The position numbers and the translations under genes are program-made. The notes below the pieces were generated by a model. That model worked only from the letters and a program-made list of their open reading frames with translations, was not told the origin of the DNA and did no database searches. Positions 11,543-22,100 of a DNA stretch of 45,780 bases are shown in pieces (position 1 is the first letter of the stretch; every line of letters starts with the position of its first letter). The DNA is from Fistulifera solaris (lineage: Eukaryota): assembly GCA_030295235.1 (NCBI GenBank), contig AP026137.1, forward strand, positions 1,116,001-1,161,780, written 5' to 3'.

Positions 11543-14500
11543 TCACCGATGATAGGGCTTGAGTTGGCGGATGTTAAGCCGTTCAAGAGTGTGCGCGCAT
11601 CGCGCCGAAAGGTAACTGTACCATTCGTATGAACAGATTCAATCCGATAAGGACCGATAGCTCGCGTAGCTAGCTTTTTGGGATTGTATACTAGTTTTAA
11701 AACTTCGTCACCAACATGGTAGTCGTATGCAAAGCGTTTGCGATTAGCAGTGTTGAGACGCGCATCAACGAGCTGTTGCCGATTTTGCTGAATCGTGATC
11801 CAGTCGGCAATCACGGGTAGATCTAAGATCATATCGCCGGCCGAAAACTAAAGAACCCGGAGTTGCTTTAAGTCCGCTATGAAGCGAGGCGCGAATAGCG
11901 AAAACACAGTTTGCCAGCGCAGTGTCAACCATTTTGGTTGCAGTAGACATACTGTCAATTGTGTGGAGAGTTTCCAATGTACGGAGAGTGTTTCCGACGG
12001 TCTGATGCATTCGTTCACAGATGGCATTTGCAGTTGGAGTTTTTGGACCTGCTGGTGCACGTCTGATTCGATGACGATCGAGTAATGACTGGAAACCAGT
12101 ACCAAGAAATTCGCCGCCTTGGTCGTATGTACAACGCAAGGGCTTAGGATAACGAGAAAGCCACGTATTCTCAAAATGCATGGCGACATGTTCCGATTGT
12201 TTATTGTCGATGCGAACGAGTTCGACAAGGTTTGTGACCGGATCGATCATTGTAAGTGCTGAAAATGTTGTTGTTTGACCACCTATTGTAAGTTCCCATG
12301 GACCGATAAGGTCAACATGGACTTCACGCCAGGGGTGAGCGGAAACTTCAGCGGCTGGCGAGATGGCCGAAACCACCAAGCGGTTGTTTGTTTCGTTGAC
12401 AATTGTCGCACTTTGAAACCAAATCCTCAATCTTTGTTCGAAGATCAGGGTTGGAAAGATGGAGTCGCATGGTGTCAAAAAGACGCGATTGACCGAGATG
12501 GCCGAGAGCGGTGTGATACCAAAGGACGGCTTGGTGAAGAAGCTCGTCGGGAAGATAAATTTTCCAAGGTTTATTTTTCTTCGGAAGAAAACAAGTAAGA
12601 TACAAGTCGGGTGCGAGCAGCTGATCCGCAAAATGCTCGGGATGTTTCTCACGAAGGGCTTTCAATCGGGCGTCCCGCGATTGAGCCTCGCGAATTGTGT
12701 TGTAGTCGAGTACAAACGGGGCCGATTTGAAATCGGGTAAATTGACGAAGCAATCAAGAAGATCGTCATCGTCGATGGCCATGGAATAAAATGAAGTAGT
12801 TGCTGCCTCCTTGCAAGAAGCAGGGGATCCTTTGAGTGATTCATCAAAATCAAGACGCTGAAAGAGCGTCGGCAAGTTCGTTTTCACTGCCTTTGACGTA
12901 AGAAAGTTTTACGCCCGTAGTCTTCGAGAAAAAGACGCCAACGAGCGATTCGTTGAGTAGTTATTGTAGTTAAAACATTATTAGAATGATCGGTGTAAAC
13001 ATGAATGTTCTGACATCCGTAAAGCATAGTACGAAACTCTTTGAGAGTCTCGACGATTGAAAGAAGTTCTTTCTCACCAACGGTGTAGTTACGCTGCGCC
13101 GAGTTTAACTTTTTAGAAAAGTAAGCGACAGGGGCGCCTTCCTGAAAAATAGCGGCTCCCATTTGCTTATCGGACGCATCGGTGTAGATGTGGAAAGGTT
13201 TGTTATGATCGGGATACCGAAGGAAAGCATCTTGTGCAAGTAGCGCTTTGATTTGATCGAAAGCGGCAACCATTTCCTTGGTCCATTTGACTTTTCCGGT
13301 CCCGCCGGAGACGGCCGTAGAGGGGCTAAAATGTGAGACCGGCGAGGGTACATATCACGATAGAAATTGATTGCTCCAAGGAAAGAGCGGAGTTGTGTGT
13401 GAGTTACCGGCTGTTTGATCGCCAAAATGGCGTCGATCTTTTAAGCGCCAAGGTTTTAATCCCTTGGGAGTAAGCCAATGGCCAAGCCAGTCTGTCTCTT
13501 GGACACCCCACTCGCATTTGGAGGGGTTAACGGTGAAATTGTTGTCCTGTAAAATCGTGAGGACTTTGTCTAAAGACGAGATGGTCTTCCCAAGAGGAAG
13601 AAAAAACACCCACGTCCGTCGATGTAACAATCGACTTCGTCGAGGGCTCGGAAAAGCGTTTCCATGACTTCCTGAGCAATGTCTGGCGCTTGCGACACTC
13701 CCATAGGGAGACGGTTATAACGGTAATTCCCGAAAGGTGTCGTGATGACGCATAGGTCTTTACTGGCTTCGTCGAGTTCGAAGGTGTAATAGTGCATAGA
13801 AACGTCGATTTTCGACATAAAGGCATAGCCGATGCGGCGAGATAGGACCTCGGAGATCTTTGGAAGTTGATAAACACGTCGTTTTATCACCTTGTTGAGT
13901 TGCCGAAAATCTGAGATCCATCGGACTCGTCCATCTTTTTTCGGAATAATGAAGGACGGCGCGAGCCAACGGGATGCACCGCATGGAGTGAGGACACCGA
14001 GTTTGACAAGAAACTCGAGCTCTGATTTAAAGGTTGGCGCATGGGTTCGAGAAACCGCATACGGTCGACAACTAAAAGTTTTGGCGTTGGGATCGATCTC
14101 AAGAGAGAACTTTTTCTTGGTATAACAACCGAGCTTCCCAGAGAAAAGTTTTTTGTATTTTTTGAAAAGCTCGGCGAGCTGAAGTTGTTGAGCGGCACTG
14201 AGGTGCTTCTGATTTCTTGCAACAACGAAAGGATCGACTTCTTCAGTATTTAGACGGGAGAATATCCTTGGATTTATATCCGAGTTCGTGAGCAAGTTCC
14301 TCAGCGATCGGCGAACGGATTGTCCGATTCCGATGCAAAACTAGCCGAGAAGGCTGTTGGATGAAAATAATTCGGGGGATGATACGGAATCATGTATTCG
14401 TGCCATTTAACAGTCATGGTAGACGATTGGATGTCGATTCCAAGTGTTGTTAAAACATCATTTCCGATTATAACATCGTAAAGAGAATCATTATTGTTAT

Positions 14501-15068
14501 AGACCATAGCGCGTATGGGCCCGCTCACTCGGAGTGAACTAGTGAACTCGGGAAACATGATTTCCTCGAGCATGACTTCATGGCGATGAACTTCGACACC
14601 ATGAATGCCGAGAACCTTTGTGCCCGGCACCGTGGTGCACTGGGTCTTCTTTGGAAGAGCGCGACGATTAATCATCGTGCGATCGGATCCGCTATCGAAT
14701 AGCACGCGAAGAGGTTTATCATTCGCTTTTTTCTGAATTAGTTTGCACGACATAACAGTAGTTGGACGAACACGTTCGTTAACAAATTGAAGACTATTAT
14801 TTGGTTTAAGATTAATGTCTGTTTCTCCTGAAAGGAAATGCAAATCACAGAGAGCCGTAAAACAGTTCGGAACTCCCTCCTCATTTGGCTCCGGATTCGG
14901 AAACATCTGATTCACAGAAGAAAAAGAAATGAGGCCGCATTCGGCGGAAAAAGCGTGAGATGCTGACAAGTAATCTGTTGTACCAAACACGTCAGTTGTG
15001 AACATACCAGTAAGGTCGTCAATGTCAAAGACATCATCCATGTTGAACTTGGCGGCCGTGGTCGTCAA
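11543..15068 (-). CDS. Gypsy Pol (protease, RT, RNase H, integrase), split by frameshifts
   Basis: [35 protein letters not shown]…RLPMG…YID; RNase H IYTDASD…YTDH; integrase H-H-C-C (WYH…GH…CDNC), HVDLIGP, DQGGEF, ERMH and GPY motif. Confidence 0.9.
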
Positions 15069-15091
15069 GATTCATGGCGGAGTACGCGTCG

Positions 15092-16192
15092 TTAATTGCC
15101 GCTGACTTTTCCATTGTCCTCGGGGGCAATAGTTTCGGTGACAAGCGTTTTCCGGCCGATGTCCGTGTCCATTGTCTCTGCCACGTGAGTAGCGGTAGAG
15201 TTTTTACCGGACCAAGCGACCTTCAACTTGGAGGTCACATTTTGGAACAAGCCTTTTGCTTTGTTGGGATTCATGTTGCATTGGAACCACTTGTGGCCCT
15301 CCTTGCCGGCTTGCTTCGGGGTGAAGCTCGCAATCGAGTTTCGGGTCCTGTTTGTGGTCCCAAGCGTAGCTATTCTGGATAGCACGTTCGATTTGCGCAT
15401 GGGACATGCGGGGTGGGTATTTGTGTTTCGGCCGCGCGAGAATCCTTTGTGGGCGATGTCCGGAGCCCGATGAATTTTTCTGGCCGTTGCCGGACGGTTT
15501 TGCGGTCGCCTGAGCGTTGTTGTTCGCGGTTTTGGCCTGTGCAAGGCGCTGGAGAGTCGACATATAGTTTTTGATCTCAATGGTGGAAAAATCCGTGAGC
15601 GCCGTGGTGCCCTTAAAAGCGATCCAGCGATCGCGCCAAGCCGGGGGCATGGAGTTGAAGAAAGCGGTTTTGAAAGCCGCTTCATCGAGGGCTTTGTGGG
15701 GCCCGGGGGATACGCTTCGATGCGTTGGTTTGCTTGCATTAAAAGCAGGTAGAAGTTGTCGACGGGGTACCCGTTCGTTGGAAACTCCGGGTTACGGACT
15801 TCCCTCGACCAAGCGGGCTTGGTGTGTGTCCTGGAAAAATTCCTTGACGTAAAGTCGGACGACTTCGTCAAAAAATTGTTTCGACTTGTTGAAGTTGTTC
15901 TGAGTGAGAACCTGGGTTTCAACGCTCTGATAAGCAGATGAGTAAGTGTTGCTGTCGGCGTGCGCCCGAAAACGATCCAGCAGCTCTTAATGAACTGGTC
16001 GTCGGTGTCCACACTGTTGCGGATGCCGTTGAAAACACGGTCGAGGTGCGACATGAAATCGCTGAAGCTGTGTACGTCCTGAGACAAATACGGGAAGGCA
16101 AACTCGTAGTTCACTCTTCCAAGTGACCACTTGATGTTTCTGGTCGGAAGCGGGCGGGCTTCCGGGTTAAACATTTTGAAGTCAATCTTCAT
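15092..16192 (-). CDS. Gypsy Gag, split by frameshifts
   Basis: ATG 30 nt inside the 5' LTR boundary; the joined frames give MPPAWRDRW and a C-x2-H…H-x4-C knuckle (CELHP…HKWFQC). Confidence 0.75.
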   Translation of the reverse strand: MKIDFKMFNPEARPLPTRNIKWSLGRVNYEFAFPYLSQDVHSFSDFMSHLDRVFNGIRNSVDTDDQFIKSCWIVFGRTPTATLTHLLIRALKPRFSLRTTSTSRNNFLTKSSDFTSRNFSRTHTKPAWSREVRNPEFPTNGYPVDNFYLLLMQANQRIEAYPPGPTKPSMKRLSKPLSSTPCPRLGAIAGSLLRAPRRSRIFPPLRSKTICRLSSALHRPKPRTTTLRRPQNRPATARKIHRAPDIAHKGFSRGRNTNTHPACPMRKSNVLSRIATLGTTNRTRNSIASFTPKQAGKEGHKWFQCNMNPNKAKGLFQNVTSKLKVAWSGKNSTATHVAETMDTDIGRKTLVTETIAPEDNGKVSGN

Positions 16193-16222
16193 GGTTGGTG
16201 TTTGGGGAGAACAAGATCTTGA

Positions 16223-16433
16223 TGCGTAAACCTACGATGAAGAAAAGGGTTCACAGAGATTTTATGATTACAAGACTACGGGTTGATAGAAAAGGAATGA
16301 AGAGGCCGACCAGTGAGAGGTCGGGAAGGAACATAGACGAGGTCTAGAGCCGAAGGAACAAGGACCTTAGGTGACGCGTCACTTGAGTACCGATTGGTGT
16401 CTGATAGGACATGACGCGCTGGAGGGTAACGCA
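16223..16433 (-). repeat. Gypsy 5' LTR (211 bp)
   Basis: Direct repeat of 11259-11467, followed by TSD GGGTC. Confidence 0.93.
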
Positions 16434-17307
16434 GGGTCAGAGTCTAGAGCTACGAACTAGGAACACGGAATGCGAGCCTCTCACCAATCCTTGCTAACTG
16501 ACTTACTTTGCCGATTGACAACCTTGTATCAGTTGTGAGCAATCGAGATTCACAGTTCAGATTCTCCCTCGTGATGCGGTCGGAAGCAAGGATTATTGAT
16601 TGTTGGTTGGAAGCCCCTAAGAACTTTCCTGCGTACACGCGGTAATTGCTCTCTCTGGTGTAATCAAAAATTTTATATTCACTTGAGACAAACGCCTTCT
16701 CCATCTCCAACATATGTTTTGAACGGGTAACAACCCTCTGTTTCTTTTTCTCGTGCTCTTGACCGATTACCTTTATAAAGGCTTTAGCCTAGGTCTACTA
16801 GAGTTGATGCTCGACTGCTCGACGCTTGGCTGTTGTTTATGGTGAAAAGATAACGCTGAATGCTCAATGCTGAATGCTGAATGATGCTCGAATGCTCGAA
16901 GCTCCAAGCTTGAAGCTTTAAGATAAATTCAGATTTATCACAATGTACAGTTAACTTGTCAATTCACAACTGCCCTTACCGTTTCCTTTCCCATCGGTTA
17001 TTTGCAAGGGCACTATTGCAGGGCTTAAAAAATGGTTGTGTTTATCCGTGACTGAGAACAACGAGCGCACGTTTGAGTATTGAGTGAAAATGATCAACTC
17101 GTGATTGACTTTCGTCAGCTGAGTACACTTTAAAAAGATACTTCAAAACTTGCTCTAAAGTACATAGTCATAGTACATGGATGACCGAGAATAGAATGAG
17201 GCGAACGAGCAGCCTTCATTTCGACGTTTTGCATTTCCCCCTCATTTGCATTGTTTGATGCGGTGCTTTTCAAGCGAAGCAGCATTTGTAATATTAAACT
17301 ATCTACA

Positions 17308-18915
17308 ATGATAATGACATTGCTCAATTGTCTCATTTTCTTCTTTATCGTGAGCAAATCGGCTCAGAGTCAACAGGTAAACGATTGAAAAGAGTGTCGT
17401 TTCGAAACGAATGAATCCCTTCATTCTCACCTTTTGCTCTCATCTTTTACAATCAAAGGTCGTTGACTACTTTCCTTTCTCCCGCCTTCCTTTTACGGAC
17501 ACCATACCAATCTCAGAAACTCCTCTCTTCATCTCAATTACTGTAGATGATTCTGTGACGCCTTACGCGTCCTTTCTCTTTCGAAAATTGCTCGAACGAA
17601 AGATCCTCATACGGGATGTCATTTGAAAGCGACGTTCTACGTTTCCATCGAAGGGACTAACACAAAGTGCGAGTACGTGCAAGGACTGCGACAAGGAGGA
17701 CATGAAATCGCGACGCATACGCTCAATCATATCGGATTGCCGAATATGACACAAATTCAGGGAGCCGTCGACTGGCTAGCTACACGTTGCGGAGTTCCTA
17801 GGGAAGAAATGAGAGGCTTTCGAACTCCGTTTTTGAACTGGAATGACAGCACGCTTCAGAATTTGCATCAACTAGGTTTCCTTTACGATTCATCCATTGG
17901 CCCGACAGATCATACGGAAAATCTTTACGGAAGCAATCACACGTGGCCTTTCACACTCGAGCAAGCAAACATCAATCAATTCAAGACGGTGAAGCCCGGA
18001 ATTCAGCTTACTCCCGCTCCAGGACTCTGGGAGATACCCATGTGGTCTCTGTACGACAGTAGTAATCGAGCGGTCATCCCCATGGATTATCCGAATCCCA
18101 ACGGAGCAAATACGGTCATCCCGAATCTTATTCATCCGAACTTTCTCAAGCATTACAACGGGAATCGGGCTCCGTTTGGTTTATTCTTTCATGCTTCGTG
18201 GCTAGTAGCGAACGGAGATGCTTTTGCTACGTGGATTCAGAGCATCATGGACAATTATGATGATGTATTTTTCGTTACATCCTACGAAATCTTGCAATGG
18301 ATGAAAAATCCTGTCCCCGCTTCGCAGTATGTGCAAAGCTGTCCCAACCAGAAACTATGCTTTGCGCCCCGCAGCAACGGATGCCTCTTTGGAACCTTTA
18401 ACGGAGTTACTTGTCAATGTGATTGCACGGCTCCATATTGTCGCGGCCCCGACGGAGCTTGCACTGAATTTGCTAAATGCCCGACGCAGCCTGTTGCTCC
18501 TGTGCCTGCACCGACACCGGTCAATGCCCCTGTTCCAGTACCGACACCGGTCAATGCTCCTCTTCCAGTACCAACGCCGGTTAATGCTCCTGTTCCAGTA
18601 CCAACGCCGGTCAATGCTCCTGTTCCAGTACCGACACCGGTCAATGCTCCTGTGCCTACACCGGTATCTGTTCCAGTTCCGGTTCCTGTGCCCACGCCCG
18701 TTGTTTCACCAGTAGGCTCTAGTCAATGCTGTCCAGCTGGTTTTTCCGGATACCGTGCATATGATGGGTGCAAGGCATTTTATCGTTGCTTGAATGGAAA
18801 CGTACTGAGTGGGTCGACGACTTATTGCGCGAGCGGTCTTCTCTTTGACGCCGCTCGGTCCGTTTGTAACTGGGCACGAGTGGTTACGTCCTGCGTCGTT
18901 GATTCCTGCAATTGA
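17308..18915 (+). CDS. Secreted chitin/polysaccharide deacetylase (CE4) with Pro/Thr/Val linker and C-terminal CBM14 chitin-binding domain
   Basis: Signal-peptide exon 17308-17376 and intron 17377-17458. NodB motifs ITVDD, HTLNH, RTPFL, LWEIPM and [11 protein letters not shown]; 6-Cys peritrophin-A pattern (C…C.AFYRC…CASGLLFD…CNW…C). 1-nt frameshift near 17600. Confidence 0.88.
18511..18665 (+). repeat. 30-bp coding tandem repeat ([10 protein letters not shown]) x5
   Basis: CCRACRCCGGTYAATGCYCCT(G/C)TTCCAGTA units in the deacetylase linker. Confidence 0.9.
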
Positions 18916-19171
18916 TCATCGCAATTTCAATTGCCTATCGGAGTGCATCCGTTGATACGCTTTCTTTGCTTGAAGCTAATATGTTTTATAGATGTAGCCC
19001 CATTTTGCTAAACCATACGGCTAAGTCGTAGATTGTCTCAAAGCAAGAACAAAATCTGGCTTTCTTTAGCTTGGTACAAACGCAAGTGAGATTATAGTTA
19101 GAAGGCTGCGGTAAAAAGATGAAATCCTTGCCACGCGCTCGTCAACAATGAGGTGATAAGAATAAGGAACA

Positions 19172-22100
19172 TCAAGCTTGTCCGGAATACAATGTCGCCA
19201 AAGCCAGCGTTGAGGTCTTATGGATACTGACGACCTGCTTGGTAGCCCCGCAATCAGACAAGATGGGGCGTGTCACGAAAGAATAGAGAGACTTCCGAGA
19301 TCGAAGCATTTTCCCCAGCTTACGGAATTGTTCTATCTGTTTATCTTCTTTCTCTGCAAAGAAAATATCTTCTTCCTCCGACGGTGAAAGTGACAACAGG
19401 AGAGAAAGCGGCAAGACTAAAGTTTGTGATTGTCCACACGAATCCACTTCCAAAAGAAGCTCTTTCGATGGAACAAGATGCATACCGCAAATGTAACCCA
19501 CAACCACATTGAACGATTTGCTCCGACTGACTTCAAGCGAACATACAGCTTGTAAGAGCCGAGACCTCCCCGCGGCGACTCGAACCACTTTTTTAATGAC
19601 AGCTCGCGAGGCGATGGGGCAGTCACAAATTTTGAATCACTTGTATACCGTCCAATTAAACAATTCCGTTGCATGTCATAGCCAGTTATGATAACATTTT
19701 GAAAAGCAGCTACAGCAAAGACGTCCTCCAGTAATGTGAATCGTGGTGAGTCGGTAACGTGTCTGGTCAACCCGCTTTTGAACTCGTTTATAGCGACAGA
19801 ATCTTCGCCCATCAGCCGCACAAACTTTCCGGATTCGTCTGATAGGAGAATGGACCAGCCAGAAGTTTGGTTTTCAACACTGAGCACCAGCCCCACGATA
19901 TTTTCTTGGAGAGGACACCAGGCAGTAGGTCGGTCGACCACCTGCTTTGATGAATTGGCAAACAATCGGAAAAAACTAGTGAAGCGCAATGTAACGCTGC
20001 AGTTGTAATTTGAACCACAATGAATACCGCTTGTACTATCCCCTAGAACGCAACACGAGCCCCCAGAAAGTTGCAATAGTCCGTTAAAGCGAATCGGTTT
20101 CACTTCGGCATTCTTTACCCGTAACAGTGTGTTTTCCTTTATCTCGTCAAGTTGCTCCTCGTTGGGATTCCATATGGTCAGAAGCGCATGTGTTTTACTT
20201 GAGTTCTGTAGCAGATGGTCTTCTTGCGTTTGCACAAGGAGCCTTAGGAAAGACGTGCTAGGTACAGTCTCTTTACCAAGCTCGAAAATCTTTTGCTCAA
20301 TCTCCTTAAAAAGCTGATCATGGAGCAAAGAAGATCGCTCTAGCGCCCACTTGTCGACAATCTGTCTATCGTTAGCATTCAAGCCATCGTAAAAGTCAGA
20401 CGGTGATTGATGGCTCGTCATTCTTTTCCATACATCGGGCGCTGTGTCGTCGATACTCTTTGACTCGTCAGTTTGGAACTTTTATCATTTTCAAGGTGTT
20501 CACAAAACGTACCTCAAGACATTGTTCGCGGAATGACTCAGAATGCTCGTCGACGACTTCTAGTTTCGAGTTTTCCGACAATCGTATTCTCTCGCTTTCT
20601 TCCTGTTCGGAAAGCACTCGTACTGAACAATCCTCTCGCTTTTGAAGAAACATCAAAGGGTCTCTTCGCAGCACCACCAGATCCATTAAAGGCACTCTTC
20701 CTCCGTTTTGCAGTAGATCGCAGGTGCTTTTTTACGCGTAGGAGGCCTTCACTCACCCCTGAGAATTTACCTGAAACAAACCCAAGTTTGGCGTTCCACT
20801 TTGCTATCCGACAGGAGTTCGCGGATAGTATCAAAGCTGGGCTTTTCTCTATATTAAAGCTGTCGTAAGACGAATCTAAGGGATCAACCCCGTCTTCAAA
20901 GCCCCTAAGACTGGCGCCACTCAATAAGAGCTTTGTTCCGATCCGAATACGCTTTTGTTGTATGAACCGGGTCAGCTGTACGTCGACAATCGCACGTGTA
21001 GCGTACCATCCGTCGCTTAATTCAATCTCGGCACACTCACAATTCGTACCTTCCCGAGATATGGTTGGTTTCACCTGTGTAACGCAAAGAATCATCAATC
21101 GCTGGGATGGAATATCACGATTCAACACCGCGCGAAGTGGCGAGCGAAAATTATCCTTGGTCTCGCGGTCGTAGCGTTCTCGAAGTTTTTCAACGACGTG
21201 CGAATACGAAAGACAGCGCCGTGCAAGAAACGCGGCAAATCTGCTCTCAAAGGACGCCAGCGTCCAAGTTATCCACCTTAAATGATTGGCTAGCCATTTA
21301 TCGGTCACGATGGACATTTTGCAGCCACTTCAACTAGCGACGCCCGAAAGTCGTCGAATGTCCCCAGATTTTCTTCGTTGAAGTTATGGGTCGGCTGTAG
21401 TATGTATTTCGGTAGATACGTTTCTTTATCGTACCGAACTGATGGACCATTGGTACTATCGACACAAAGAACTACATGTGGAAGATCAACGAACGAAAGA
21501 TCAATCGAGGGATTAGCCATACGCCCCACTCTTTGTGCTTCCATGAAACGAGCAACAAGGTTGGATTCGTCTTGAGACAGTTTTATGGCTTCGTCGACAG
21601 TGGGCTTCGGTGCTGGTGCTGAATTCAAGTTTTGTGCAGAGTCTTGTCGACACAAAGCGTCCAGTTGAGGAGGAGGAGGAGGTGATGGACACAACGATAC
21701 TCTTGCAACCATTCGTGATTTTCGAGAGCATGAGTCTTTGATAGGTAAAAAGGGAGCGCCAGAGGGGAGGGGACTGATTGCCTGAAGGGAGTGACAGGAT
21801 TCGCAGATTCTTTCGGGGTGGAGGCATAGCACATACAAGGCAAGCGAACGCACACGTTGCATGACCATTCAGCGTGCTGATTATCGAGCTCACGAATAGA
21901 GCATCCCACAAAAGTATCTTCTGACCCAAACTCATTGTGTCCAGGTACCGGAATGGCGTGAGGCATGTCGGTAGAACAAGAAAGGGGAACATTCGCTGAC
22001 TCGGTACCACCATGGGAAATCGCTTCCGGCACGGAAGATATGGATTGGTATGTCATCTTGTCGGAAGCGATGCGATTCGTCGCATTCTTAAATAAAGATG

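Larger units (their letters stand above)
11259..16433 (-). mobile_element. Full-length Ty3/Gypsy LTR retrotransposon
   Basis: LTRs 11259-11467 and 16223-16433 with TG…CA ends; 5-bp TSD GGGTC (11254-11258 and 16434-16438); domain order gag-PR-RT-RH-IN. Confidence 0.96.

Noticed and set aside
16450..16713. 87-aa ORF next to the Gypsy 5' LTR as a cargo or disrupted gene
   Set aside because: It lies outside the TSD, ends before the insertion site and has no recognisable motif.
4215..16797. TAGGTCTA/TAGACCTA intergenic motif (about four hits)
   Set aside because: Too close to chance expectation for an 8-mer in this window.
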